A DNA stretch of 64,000 nt from Candidatus Kapaibacterium sp. (GCA_025358765.1 JANYIG010000168.1:325-64324); one strand, 5' to 3'. Positions 39,299 through 49,286 are shown, counted from the stretch's first letter. Notes: generated by a model not told the origin, from the sequence alone. Program-made: numbers and translations.

Positions 39299-39538
39299 AT
39301 TATAGTTGAAATTAAGGTATCTGCTGAGGAAATAGTACCAGATACTATATTACTGTTAGGATTGATGAAAGAATAAGGTCTCGGAGTGCGAAAGGAAGTT
39401 CTTAGGATCAATCAGTTCTTGCCTCAGCCGACCAATCCGGCTGGATCAAGGGAGGTGGTTCATGGATGAACTTCCATTCGTACTCCATTTGGGACCTATT
39501 TTTTTTGGCAATCCTATATACCAATTCCCTGACCAAAT

Positions 39539-40939
39539 ATGGATCATTCGGATTGTCTCATTATAGGCGGCGGATTTGCTGGCGCTTCGGCGGCGATAGC
39601 GCTTACCAAAATGGGGCGGCGTGTGACGCTGCTCGAAGCCAAAAACACCCCCGGCGGCAGAGTGTATTCGCTCGAAGACCGCGAAACTGGCGAGGCTATT
39701 GATAACGGACAACATTTGTTAATGGGGTGTTACCATCACACCTTAGATTTGTTGGCAACGCTTGGGACAGAAGGTTTGCTGCGAGCGCAAAAGGCATTGC
39801 GCGTAGATTTTGCCGATTGCTCTGGCGGCGGCGATGCGGCGATTATACGAACGCTCGACACATCGGCGTTGCCCGGCAAAGCGGGCGTTGCATGGGGGAT
39901 GTTGCGGCTTGGTGGCTTAACGATGGGCGATAAACTAAGTGCTTTGCGCTTGGCGCTTGCAATTCAGTTCAATCGTCTTCACCTCGAAGATAAAACGGCA
40001 TTACAATTTCTCAAAGAGCATCGCCAATCCGACAACCTCATCCGTCGTTTTTGGGAGCCGATTATTCTTGCCACGCTGAATGCTCACCCGTCTATTGCTG
40101 CGGCATCATTGTTAGTGGCAGTTTTTCGCAAGGCATTTTTTGCCGATACTGCCGCGTCGCGTTTATTGTTGCCCATTGCGGAATTTTCAGACTTGCTTGC
40201 TCCTTTGTCTGGCTGGTTAGAGCGGCATGATTCCTCGTTCCGTCAGGGTTTAGCGACGAATTTTATCGTGCAGGGCAATCGGGTAACAGGCGTGAAACTC
40301 AACACTGGTGAAACGCTTACTGCCGACTGTATAGTAAGCGCCGTGCCACCGCGCTTTCTGCGCAAGTTAATACCTTGCGAGACGTATCCCGATTTTTTTG
40401 CTCCATTGTCAACACTGGATTTTTCGCCGATTATTTCGGTATATATGTGGTTTGACAAGTCGTTTATCGAAACGGATTTTGTCGCAATGCTCGGTACGCA
40501 AACGCAATGGATTTTTAATCGTCGTGCTATCTGTAAAGCCAATCCCGAGGTGGTTAAACGTTTTCCGGGTCATATTTCGGTAACAATCAGTGCCGGAGAC
40601 GACTTCATCACTCAAAGTAATGATTCTCTAACGGCATTGTGTTTGGCGGAAATTCGTCGTGCATTTCCGGCGGCACGCGCCGCGACTATGCTCCACGCAC
40701 GGGTGGTCAAAGAAAAAATGGCTACCCTTAAAATTACTCCTGCGTTAGAAAAAATGCGGTTCTCGGCAGTAACGCCGCTCGAAAATCTTTTCCTTGCCGG
40801 TGATTGGACGAATACGGGATTGCCCGCCACTATTGAAGGTGCAGCGCAAAGCGGGTGGGCGGCAGCACAGGAAATTTTGCATAACCCTCACATTTTTTCT
40901 ACCAACAACGTAGCCGCTTTTGTTGAAGCAGTTCATTAG
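39539..40939 (+). CDS. FAD-dependent amine-oxidase-family oxidoreductase, HpnE/phytoene-desaturase-like
   Basis: N-terminal dinucleotide fold IIGGGFAGASAAIAL...VTLLEA...GGR and DNGQHLLMGCYHHTLDLL, which resembles the HpnE motif DNGQHLLLGAY. Confidence 0.55.
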   Translation: MDHSDCLIIGGGFAGASAAIALTKMGRRVTLLEAKNTPGGRVYSLEDRETGEAIDNGQHLLMGCYHHTLDLLATLGTEGLLRAQKALRVDFADCSGGGDAAIIRTLDTSALPGKAGVAWGMLRLGGLTMGDKLSALRLALAIQFNRLHLEDKTALQFLKEHRQSDNLIRRFWEPIILATLNAHPSIAAASLLVAVFRKAFFADTAASRLLLPIAEFSDLLAPLSGWLERHDSSFRQGLATNFIVQGNRVTGVKLNTGETLTADCIVSAVPPRFLRKLIPCETYPDFFAPLSTLDFSPIISVYMWFDKSFIETDFVAMLGTQTQWIFNRRAICKANPEVVKRFPGHISVTISAGDDFITQSNDSLTALCLAEIRRAFPAARAATMLHARVVKEKMATLKITPALEKMRFSAVTPLENLFLAGDWTNTGLPATIEGAAQSGWAAAQEILHNPHIFSTNNVAAFVEAVH

Positions 40940-40965
40940 GGTATTTTCCGCATTTCTATAGGTCT

Positions 40966-41028
40966 GTCATTCTCCTCCCGGCGAAGGTTGGGGCGGGAAT
41001 GACATAAAAAGTATTCGGAATAAACTCC
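40966..41028 (+). repeat. REP/MITE-like palindromic intergenic element, copy C
   Basis: GTCATTCTCC...GGGAATGAC followed by TATTCGGAATAAACTCC. Its tail is near-identical to copy B. Confidence 0.55.
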
Positions 41029-41101
41029 ATTAAATTTATTTTCAATCGGATGATACACAAATCTTTCCTTTAGGTCGATAAATTTGAGATAATCAGCTAT
41101 T

Positions 41102-42250
41102 TTATTGTACTACCACAACGGTCTTACCACTCCGAAATTCCTCTGAAGCCCGCTTTACGACAATATCTTTTTCTGTAAGATTCCCAAACACCTCTGTCAA
41201 ACTATCTAATGTCAATCCTTTTTTTACGTTTATCCATTCCGTTTTGCCGTCTCGCACAACGATAACAAAGGTACGTTCTGTAGAGTTCACTACTGAACTT
41301 GCTGGCACAAAGAGTGTCGGGGTTTCGCGTTTGATGGGTAGTTTTACATCGGCATACATCCCCGCTTTCAGGATGTTTTTTGGATTTGGTACATCGAATT
41401 CGACCATCATCGAACGAATACTTTGCTCTAATGATCCCGAACTCCGCGACAGCATTGCTGTAAAAATCGCCGCTGGAATTGCGCTAACGGTAAATTCCAC
41501 TTTTGCATTTGTCCGTACCTGACTTGAATACAACTCAGGTACGGCAAGCGTTAAACGTAGTGTGCGATTGTTTTCTACCACGAATATTGGATGTGACTTC
41601 GCCACGTCGTCAGGTCCCACTAATGCGCCGGGTGAAATATTGCGTTCGGTTATCATGCCGTCGAAAGGTGCGGTGATAGTCAGATAACCTACCATTTCTC
41701 GCTTTGCCTGTAATGCCGCGTGAACGGACGCAACGGCTGCGCTGTCGCCCAGGACTCTCAATTTTGCCGCTTCTAATTCGCCCACAGCCACTGCGCCAGA
41801 CGTTTGACTTGTTTGCAGAAGCCGCATAAAAGCTGCCTTACTTTCATCAAACTTTGTGCGTGATTCGTCAAGTTTTGCTTGTGCTTCGGTGAGCTGTTCT
41901 TGGAGTTCGGGCGCGTCCAAGACAGCCAAAATCTGCCCGCGCCGCACAATTGAACCCCTGTCCACGGCAAGGCGTTTAACAAAACCTTTGACTTTTGGGT
42001 AGAGTGCTGTTTGTTCCCATGCTTTCAGGTCTCCCGGCAACACAATTGTGCTCTCTGGTAAGAACACGTTCACTTGTACTACTCGCACAGAATCTCGCAC
42101 AGAATCGGAGTGTATAGAAGATTGTTCTGCTTCTTGGGCATGTTTTGAGGAGCAAGAAGCAAAAAAACATACGAAAGAAAGAAGAATAGAATGCACAAGA
42201 GTTGAATAACGACTGAAGGTTTTCATAATGATGGTGAAAATGTGATTCAA
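41102..42250 (-). CDS. RND efflux periplasmic adaptor (membrane fusion protein) lipoprotein
   Basis: Lipobox FFASCSSK, coiled-coil hairpin and beta-barrel domains. Overlaps the RND pump stop. Confidence 0.8.
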   Translation of the reverse strand: MNHIFTIIMKTFSRYSTLVHSILLSFVCFFASCSSKHAQEAEQSSIHSDSVRDSVRVVQVNVFLPESTIVLPGDLKAWEQTALYPKVKGFVKRLAVDRGSIVRRGQILAVLDAPELQEQLTEAQAKLDESRTKFDESKAAFMRLLQTSQTSGAVAVGELEAAKLRVLGDSAAVASVHAALQAKREMVGYLTITAPFDGMITERNISPGALVGPDDVAKSHPIFVVENNRTLRLTLAVPELYSSQVRTNAKVEFTVSAIPAAIFTAMLSRSSGSLEQSIRSMMVEFDVPNPKNILKAGMYADVKLPIKRETPTLFVPASSVVNSTERTFVIVVRDGKTEWINVKKGLTLDSLTEVFGNLTEKDIVVKRASEEFRSGKTVVVVQ

Positions 42251-45200
42251 AAGGGTTTGTTCTTAGAAAAATAGATACTGGTAGAGTCTTCAGGGTCGAG
42301 CGAAACAGATTCAAGCGAAGTGCGTCGCTGTACGAATGCAAAGACGATTGGCAGCACCAGCAAAGAAGCTATTGTCGAGAATAATAGCCCGCCAATCACT
42401 GCTTGCCCAAGTGGTGCAACTTGATCGCCGCCCTCGCCTAAGCCAGAAGCCATCGGGATCATACCAGCCACCATTGCAATACTTGTCATCAAAATAGGGC
42501 GCAAGCGGCTTTTTGCCGCAATGAGCGCGGCTTCACGAGCATTGCCGAGTTTCAACCGTAGGCTTTCGGCATTGGTGATCATCAAAATTGCATTCGCCAC
42601 CGATACGCCAACGGACATGATAATCCCCATATAGGATTGCAAATTTAATGTCGAACCACATGATAGTAGCATCCACACACCGCCCATGACTACAGCAGGA
42701 ACAGATGACAAAATCACGAACGATACTTTGAATGATTGAAAGTTGGCGGAGAGTAGTAGGAAAATAACAACAATCGCAAGCAGAAGCCCTGTTTGTAGGC
42801 TGGCAAGCGTTTCCGAGAGGAGCTTTGTCAGCCCGCGCACACTGACTACCATACCGCGTGGTGGTTCGCCAACGTTGGTGAGGGCGGTTTGCACGGCTTT
42901 CGTCGCCGCACCGAGATCACGATTGTAAATATTTGCCGTTACCGTTACAAGGCGGTTTGGACCTTCTCGGTTGATTTGCCCCGGGGCTACATCCGGCGTA
43001 ATTGTTGCCACGTCTGCCAGCATCGGACGTGCTGCGCCACTTTTGAGCGGAATGCTGGCGATGTCGTTTACGTCTTGCATTGTGGCGGTCGGGATTTGCA
43101 CTTGTACTTGATACGGCAGCCCTGATTTCGGGTCGAGCCAAAGATTTTTTTCGGTGAAGCGGCTGCTGGAAGTCGCATCCACCATTGAACGAGCTATTTC
43201 TTGCGTTGTTATACCCAATTGCCCCGCACGGCGGCGGTCAATTTCAATCTTGGCAATGGGATAGCGAAGAGGTTGCCCGATTTGTACATCACGCAAAAAT
43301 GGAACGAGTTGAAGTTCCACCATGATTTTTTGTGCATGGCTTCGTGCATCACTGATATTCTTTGCCGCCACCACAACTTCAATTGGTGTGGGCGAACCTT
43401 GGCTCATAATTTTTTCCACGAGCTCAATCGGCTCAAAAGAAATCTGGACGGCTGGCATTTCCTCCGATAAGCGTTTGCGGATGTGTTCTTTGAATACAGC
43501 CATGTTCAGTGCAGCTTCCTCGTTCATTGCCACTTGCAATACAGCTTCATGTGGTCCGCTCGTAAATACGAAAATCGTGCTAATGGCGTAAGAACTTGGT
43601 TGTGTGCCAACGTAAGCAGATGTGATTTTCACATTGCTTTTCCCTTCATTGTTACCTGCTTCTTGCTTGATAATGTCCAGAGCTTTGATGAGGTGCTGTT
43701 CCGTGCGTTCAAAGCGTGTCCCATCTGGTGCGCGAAGGCGTAATTGAAACTGTCCAACATTAGATTTTGGCAAAATATCTGTCCCAATAAGCCAGAATCC
43801 AAGCCCTATTAAGCTGAATGCACCGAAGAGATACACACTCACCACAAAACGGGGGCTTTCAGAAAGCCGCTCTACAAGCCACCCGTAACGTTCGCGGAAT
43901 TTGTCGAAACCCGTGAGTTTATGAGCTTCGTTGAGCGTATGTTCTCTGATTTCTTCCACGACCATTTGTTCGCGTTCCGTATTATCCAATGAAAGTGTTG
44001 GATGCGAGAGTTCATAATTCTCGTGGTGATGTTCATGCGCCTTCAAGAGCCAATTTGCCAGCACTGGAACAAACGTTTGGGCGAGAATGTAGGAGGCAAT
44101 CATCGAAAATCCCACGGACAACGAAAGTGGCAAAAACATGGATTTCGGAATGCCGTCCATAATGAATGCTGGCGCAAACACCGCAAGGATACACAGTAAA
44201 ATGAGTAATTCGGGAAATGCAATTTCACGACAAGCATCCAAAATAGCATTGGCTTTAGGTTTGCCCATTTCAAGATGCTGGTGAATATTTTCAATCGAAA
44301 CTGTTGCTTGGTCAACAAGAACTCCGATGGCGAGTGCCAAGCCGCTCAGGGTCATAATGTTGATAGTTTGTCCGGCTAATTTGAGCAACATTACGCCTGC
44401 GGCAAGCGAAATCGGGATTGTTACGACGACAATAATCACACTGCGCCAATCGCGTAAAAACAGCAGCACCATCAGTCCCGTGAGTGCCGCCCCCAATGCG
44501 CCTTCGCTGACAAGATTTTTGAGGGCATTTATCACATAGACCGACTGGTCGAACTCGTATGACAAATGTACGTCTTCTGGCAAGGCAGCTTGCAGCTTCG
44601 GTAACGAGGCTTTGATGTTATTTACCACCGTCAACGTCGAAGCATCAGATTTTTTGATAACGGGAATGTAAATCGCCCGTCGTCCGTTCACCAGAGCATA
44701 GCCGACCGTAATATCAGCCGCATCTTCCACCGTGCCAATATCGCCCACAAAGACCGTTGGACCGCTTCCCGTGCGAATGGGAATGTTCAAAAACTCCGCA
44801 GGAGTGCGAGCGAGCGAGTTTACGGGAGTCATAACGGAATAATCACCAATGCCGACATTTCCTGCTGCTGATGGCTGATTGTTGGCAGAAATTGCTTTTA
44901 CAACATTTTCCGGCGTAAGACCGTAGCTACGAAGGCGTTCGGGATTAACTTTGATCACGATTGTACGGGCATTGCCACCAAAGGGCGGTGGCGACGACAC
45001 GCCCGGAATCGTAGCAAATTGTGAACGAATCCGAAACGCTGCTAAATCTTGTATTTCTGCCAGCCCGCGCGTTTCGCTTTCAAATACTAACTGCCCGACT
45101 GGAACAGAACTGGCATCAAAACGGACAACTTGTGGTGGCACGGTTCCTTCAGGCATGAGTGCGCGAGCGCGGTTCACTTGGTTGGCGACTTCGGCAGCGG

Positions 45201-45510
45201 CTTGCGCCATGTCGGTTCCCGGATAAAAACTAAGCTTCAACAACGACAAGCCTTGAATGCTTTTGATTTCAATATTTTTGATGCCCGATACATACAAGCA
45301 CTGATCTTGATAGCGAGCAGCAATAAAGCCATCCATCTGGTCGGGACCTACACCACCATAGGGCTGGGCAATGTAAATAGTGGGTAAATCAAGTGCGGGG
45401 AAAATATCAATTGCGATGGAATTTGCCGCAATAATCGAAAAAACAAGTATGCCGATAATGCCAACGACGACGGTGATTGGCTTGCGTAGCGCAGATTGGA
45501 TAAGATTCAT
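42247..45510 (-). CDS. RND efflux transporter permease (AcrB/CzcA superfamily)
   Basis: About 1085 aa, 12 TM helices and two large periplasmic loops. Start trimmed to MNLIQSALRKPITVVVGII. Confidence 0.85.
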   Translation of the reverse strand: MNLIQSALRKPITVVVGIIGILVFSIIAANSIAIDIFPALDLPTIYIAQPYGGVGPDQMDGFIAARYQDQCLYVSGIKNIEIKSIQGLSLLKLSFYPGTDMAQAAAEVANQVNRARALMPEGTVPPQVVRFDASSVPVGQLVFESETRGLAEIQDLAAFRIRSQFATIPGVSSPPPFGGNARTIVIKVNPERLRSYGLTPENVVKAISANNQPSAAGNVGIGDYSVMTPVNSLARTPAEFLNIPIRTGSGPTVFVGDIGTVEDAADITVGYALVNGRRAIYIPVIKKSDASTLTVVNNIKASLPKLQAALPEDVHLSYEFDQSVYVINALKNLVSEGALGAALTGLMVLLFLRDWRSVIIVVVTIPISLAAGVMLLKLAGQTINIMTLSGLALAIGVLVDQATVSIENIHQHLEMGKPKANAILDACREIAFPELLILLCILAVFAPAFIMDGIPKSMFLPLSLSVGFSMIASYILAQTFVPVLANWLLKAHEHHHENYELSHPTLSLDNTEREQMVVEEIREHTLNEAHKLTGFDKFRERYGWLVERLSESPRFVVSVYLFGAFSLIGLGFWLIGTDILPKSNVGQFQLRLRAPDGTRFERTEQHLIKALDIIKQEAGNNEGKSNVKITSAYVGTQPSSYAISTIFVFTSGPHEAVLQVAMNEEAALNMAVFKEHIRKRLSEEMPAVQISFEPIELVEKIMSQGSPTPIEVVVAAKNISDARSHAQKIMVELQLVPFLRDVQIGQPLRYPIAKIEIDRRRAGQLGITTQEIARSMVDATSSSRFTEKNLWLDPKSGLPYQVQVQIPTATMQDVNDIASIPLKSGAARPMLADVATITPDVAPGQINREGPNRLVTVTANIYNRDLGAATKAVQTALTNVGEPPRGMVVSVRGLTKLLSETLASLQTGLLLAIVVIFLLLSANFQSFKVSFVILSSVPAVVMGGVWMLLSCGSTLNLQSYMGIIMSVGVSVANAILMITNAESLRLKLGNAREAALIAAKSRLRPILMTSIAMVAGMIPMASGLGEGGDQVAPLGQAVIGGLLFSTIASLLVLPIVFAFVQRRTSLESVSLDPEDSTSIYFSKNKPF

Positions 45511-45535
45511 AGTATTCTCCTTATGATGTTCAATG

Positions 45536-46927
45536 TTATTTGACCTGCTCGAGAAAAACCTGTACATCGCCTAATGCTGCTGCTTTGAGTAACAAGGCTC
45601 TCCATACACCATTGATGGCAACGGCAGCATCTATTTGTGCACGATTCAGGATATAGAAATTTTGAGCAAGCTCTGATATTTGCGCCAAACCCGCTTGGTA
45701 CCGAGCATTTGCTTGTGCATAGCCTGCTTGAGCTGCTGCAAGTTGTACGGGTGCTTCCGCAGCTTGCGCGGAAGCAAGCTCAAGCTGTCCAAGAGCGTTG
45801 TCAAGCTGTTGGCGAGCGATAAGGTTTTGTTCGTTGTAGAGTTGTTGAAATTTTTCAGTTTGCAGGTTTTCCGCTTCATAGTCATATTCGAGCCTCAGAA
45901 AACCTAGAATATTAAACCGTGCCGCTAAACCTATATAATAATTTGCCACTTGAAACGGCAGGCCCACAAGAGGGTCGGAACTGAGTTCACCCGTTTGATT
46001 CGACACGCCAGAACCTTTGCCATAGACCGCACCCACAAGGTTGATGCTGGGCGCATATACTTTTGCAATGCCATTAGCTTTTGCGCGGCTTACCTCTATT
46101 TGCTTCATTGCTACTTGCAACAATGGATTTTGCCCGATGCCCACCGTATCTACGCGAATATTAATCGGAGCTTGTGTAAAAAACTGCATCGTATCGGCTT
46201 CGATGCCTGAATGCGTCAATCCTATGAGTTCAGCAAGTCTGAAACGATAGGCACGGGCTGTGCGACGGCTGTCGAGCAAGAGTAGTTGTGCTTTTGAGAC
46301 TTCAGCAGCAGCAAACGAACTATCAACGCCAGATGTTAATCCAGAATTTGCGCGAGCTTTGATGACACGCTGAAAAACTTGGGCACGGTTTAGATTATCC
46401 TGCTGCGCGTCAACAAGTTTTTGCGCTACCAAAAGCAATAAATACGCATCGGCAACTTTAAGCTGTTGTTGAAAAACTTCATTGTCGTACTCAGCGTGAA
46501 TTTTGTCATATTCTGCCTGCGCCACATTGACGTTTGCCTCAATTTTGCCGAAGGTGAATGCTTGCCAATTCACTTCAAATCCAATAAAACTGCCAAACAC
46601 ACCTTGATAAATATTGTCTTTACGAACACCGCTTGAAACAGGAATGTTGTTCGGATAATATGCACCTGCAATGCCGTTGTTTGTGCCATAGTTCACTTGT
46701 CCAAACCCTATAAGAGCGGGTAAATGCTCTGTTTTTGCAGCATCAATATGCTGTTGAGCGCTTTGCGAATTGTATATGCCCGCCTTGATACTTGGGTAAT
46801 TCGCTTTGGTAAGCTCTAATGCTTGTGGGAGCGTAAGCCGAGACGTGTCCGATTGTGCGGAAAGTGGCGTAATGGTTGCAATAAAAATTAGTAGAGTCGC
46901 AAACCTACGCATGAATGAATTGTTCAT
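45536..46927 (-). CDS. TolC-family outer membrane efflux protein
   Basis: Signal peptide, a two-repeat OEP architecture, and a C-terminal ...FLEQVK. It is the first gene of the TolC-RND-MFP operon. Confidence 0.75.
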   Translation of the reverse strand: MNNSFMRRFATLLIFIATITPLSAQSDTSRLTLPQALELTKANYPSIKAGIYNSQSAQQHIDAAKTEHLPALIGFGQVNYGTNNGIAGAYYPNNIPVSSGVRKDNIYQGVFGSFIGFEVNWQAFTFGKIEANVNVAQAEYDKIHAEYDNEVFQQQLKVADAYLLLLVAQKLVDAQQDNLNRAQVFQRVIKARANSGLTSGVDSSFAAAEVSKAQLLLLDSRRTARAYRFRLAELIGLTHSGIEADTMQFFTQAPINIRVDTVGIGQNPLLQVAMKQIEVSRAKANGIAKVYAPSINLVGAVYGKGSGVSNQTGELSSDPLVGLPFQVANYYIGLAARFNILGFLRLEYDYEAENLQTEKFQQLYNEQNLIARQQLDNALGQLELASAQAAEAPVQLAAAQAGYAQANARYQAGLAQISELAQNFYILNRAQIDAAVAINGVWRALLLKAAALGDVQVFLEQVK

Positions 46928-47626
46928 GGAGCATCACCTTGAAAATCTTTGAAGAATGTAGTTGCGAAAAGAGCGTATTGAAAAAAAACATACCAAAAAC
47001 ACACGAACAAGCATTAAAGCCATTCGTGGAAAATCAGAGTATGGTAGATTTTAAATACGGAAGATCACGTAGAGAACGCACAGATTAGGTGCTGCTGCTG
47101 GTATTGGTGCGAGAAATGCGGCGTGTTTACTGAGGAGTAAAGAGGTGTCGGCATCGCTTTCACACATCGAAAAAGAGAACGGGGAAACCGTTACAAGAGG
47201 TGATTTTTTCTTGAGGTCATTATTACTTTGCGCCATTGGAATAGTAATATTTGCAAGGGCGCGAGGTTTTTTGGTCTTAATAGACCGGCTTTTGAGGCAG
47301 GTATAATGTTTGGAATAATTCGGGGCATTGTTTTTGAGGCTCTGCGAAAAATCGTAGTTATAGGCGATTGTCCGTGCAAAGAGAGACAAGGTTGTTATAA
47401 ACAACAATCCTGTAACGAAACAACTGCTTCGGAAAACTTGCTGCAATGGTACTATCCTATGGCGATTTGAATACGGCATGAAATAACGATACTGGTCGCC
47501 CGAACTGAATCTATTATGTACAAACCTATGAAGTTTCTTTGTTCCGACCAAGAGTAATCGGGTGTGCAATGAATGATTCATCCAATGATATTTTTACGAC
47601 GTTATTGCAAAATACGATCAAAAAAG

Positions 47627-47703
47627 TATGACTTTTGGTTATAGAATATTGTGGCTTTTAAGCACATAAATATAGGAAGTGATTATTGCATTTTTGTAGT
47701 GGA
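47627..47703 (+). promoter_or_regulatory. conserved upstream element family, copy 1 (CACAT...inverted repeat plus TGCATTTTTGTAGTGG block)
   Basis: TATGACTTTTGG...GTGGCTTTTAAGCACATAAATATAGG...TGCATTTTTGTAGTGG, about 40 bp upstream of the NHL gene start. Confidence 0.5.
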
Positions 47704-47743
47704 ATGAAAGTAGCACGTTCAATCACGCTATCGCCCAACGACA

Positions 47744-48772
47744 ATGCGTTATCCACAAATCTCCTCGCGCCATTTTTTGGCTTCCATCGTTGCTTTTTTT
47801 TGTGCTACTTTGTGCATACAAGGGCAGCCTGTACACGGAGAAAATACGTCAGCAACACGTATGACGACGCTTGTGAGCGGCGTTGAGAATAATCAGCGTT
47901 CTCAACAATCCGTTGCGCTGTTCAACAGCCCAACAGGGGTTGCGCTTGATAGTGTGGGTAACATCATCGTTGCCGATGCGGGGCATCATCGAATTTGTCG
48001 AGTTTCGCCTAAAGGAGTAATGACGGTGCTTGCGGGTGGAATGTGTGGTTCGGAGGATGGCACAGGCTCGAAGGCGCAATTTTTCAGCCCTCTTGACGTG
48101 GCGGTAGATTCAAAGAACAATATTATCGTTCTTGATGGAAACCGTATTCGCAGGATTAGTCCTTTTGGCGTTGTAACGACGGTTGCAGGTTCCGAGCGTG
48201 GGTGTACGGATGGTTTTGGAACAATAGCACGATTCAATTTTCCTGTGAGCCTTGCCGTGGATAAACAGGAAAACATCATTGTCGCTGATGCGGGGAATAA
48301 CCGTATTCGTAGCATCACACATGATGGGGAAGTGACAACACTAAGCGAGATTCATACCAATAACGAACCCTCAAAGCCTCTTGCACTTGCGCGATTGGTG
48401 AGTTTAACAGTGGACAGAGAAGGGCATATTATCGTTGTTGACCGCTCAAGCTGTGTTATTCGTCGTATTATTCGCAACAATGGCTCTCAGGCTCGTATTG
48501 ATAGCATCGCTTATAGATGTGTGGCGGAGGCTCAGTTGCGTTTGTTGACAAATATTGCCGTTGACAACGCTGGGAATTTGATTGCGATTGAACAAGGAGG
48601 TGAACGCATTCGTAAAATTTCGCCCACGGGCATTATCACTACGATTGCCAGCAACACCAATCATACTTCACAAGCATTTTTTTCAGCATCGGACTTGGCG
48701 TTAGATGCTCAAGGAAATATTATTATCACCGACTCCCGCACGGGAACATTGCGGAAAATTATATTACCATAA
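47744..48772 (+). CDS. NHL-repeat (six-bladed beta-propeller) secreted protein
   Basis: Signal peptide plus repeated NHL motifs (VADAGHHRICRV, VLDGNRIRRI, VADAGNNRIRSI, ITDSRTGTLRKI). Confidence 0.65.
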   Translation: MRYPQISSRHFLASIVAFFCATLCIQGQPVHGENTSATRMTTLVSGVENNQRSQQSVALFNSPTGVALDSVGNIIVADAGHHRICRVSPKGVMTVLAGGMCGSEDGTGSKAQFFSPLDVAVDSKNNIIVLDGNRIRRISPFGVVTTVAGSERGCTDGFGTIARFNFPVSLAVDKQENIIVADAGNNRIRSITHDGEVTTLSEIHTNNEPSKPLALARLVSLTVDREGHIIVVDRSSCVIRRIIRNNGSQARIDSIAYRCVAEAQLRLLTNIAVDNAGNLIAIEQGGERIRKISPTGIITTIASNTNHTSQAFFSASDLALDAQGNIIITDSRTGTLRKIILP

Positions 48773-48807
48773 TCCCATAATCCATGGCTGTTCCACAGCA
48801 GAGTAAG

Positions 48808-48846
48808 TTTTTTGTAGTGGCTTTTCGTCACATAAATATGTGACAG
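48808..48846 (+). promoter_or_regulatory. conserved upstream element family, copy 2, with perfect palindrome GTCACATA-AA-TATGTGAC
   Basis: TTTTTTGTAGTGG-CTTTTC-GTCACATAAATATGTGAC, between the NHL gene stop and the orphan CTD ORF. Confidence 0.5.
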
Positions 48847-48930
48847 AGGAACATTTGAACTTGGCTATGTAATGTTGTAAGTTAAAAACATCATCTTCGT
48901 TCTTTTTCAAAACATTTTCGGAAAAATGCC

Positions 48931-49242
48931 ATGAATGCCGACCACCGCTGTACGGTACGTGTGTATCCGAACAGCGTTTTGCAGCACACAACAGTGGGGT
49001 TTTCATTAGAACAAGCCGAAACTATCGCACTCAATATTTGCGATAAAAACGGCAGAGAACTCACGACCTTGGTTCAAGGTTTATTTATGCCCGGCGATTA
49101 CAGCTTTGATGTCACCACAAGGCTTTTACGCCAGATATCATCCCGTCAAGCACAATCTCAGCCACAAACGCATGACGGCACATATATTGTCCGAATGACC
49201 GTTGGAGCGGCATCGCAAGCGATTCCGTTTATTGTTGGGTAG
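48931..49242 (+). CDS. orphan T9SS C-terminal sorting domain (CTD) ORF; possibly the remnant 3' end of a split gene
   Basis: VRVYPNSVLQHTTVGFSLEQAETIALNICDKNGRELTTLVQG...GTYIVRMTVGAA matches the Por secretion CTD pattern (YPNP...TI.F.L....V.L.IYD..GR.V.TL....G.Y.VR...). Confidence 0.5.
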   Translation: MNADHRCTVRVYPNSVLQHTTVGFSLEQAETIALNICDKNGRELTTLVQGLFMPGDYSFDVTTRLLRQISSRQAQSQPQTHDGTYIVRMTVGAASQAIPFIVG

Positions 49243-49286
49243 AAAATTTCGTCACACTCCAAGCGTGACAAATGGGTAGATAAGAA

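Noticed and set aside
45511-45567. RND pump ORF extension (MYRFFSSRSNNIEHHKENT) overlapping the TolC 3' end.
   Set aside because: The conserved RND N-terminus begins at MNLIQSALRKP; the extension overlaps the TolC stop.
47051-47581. 176-aa minus-strand ORF in the long intergenic region.
   Set aside because: The translation is low-complexity with no signal peptide or domain; it looks like a chance ORF in AT-richer non-coding DNA.
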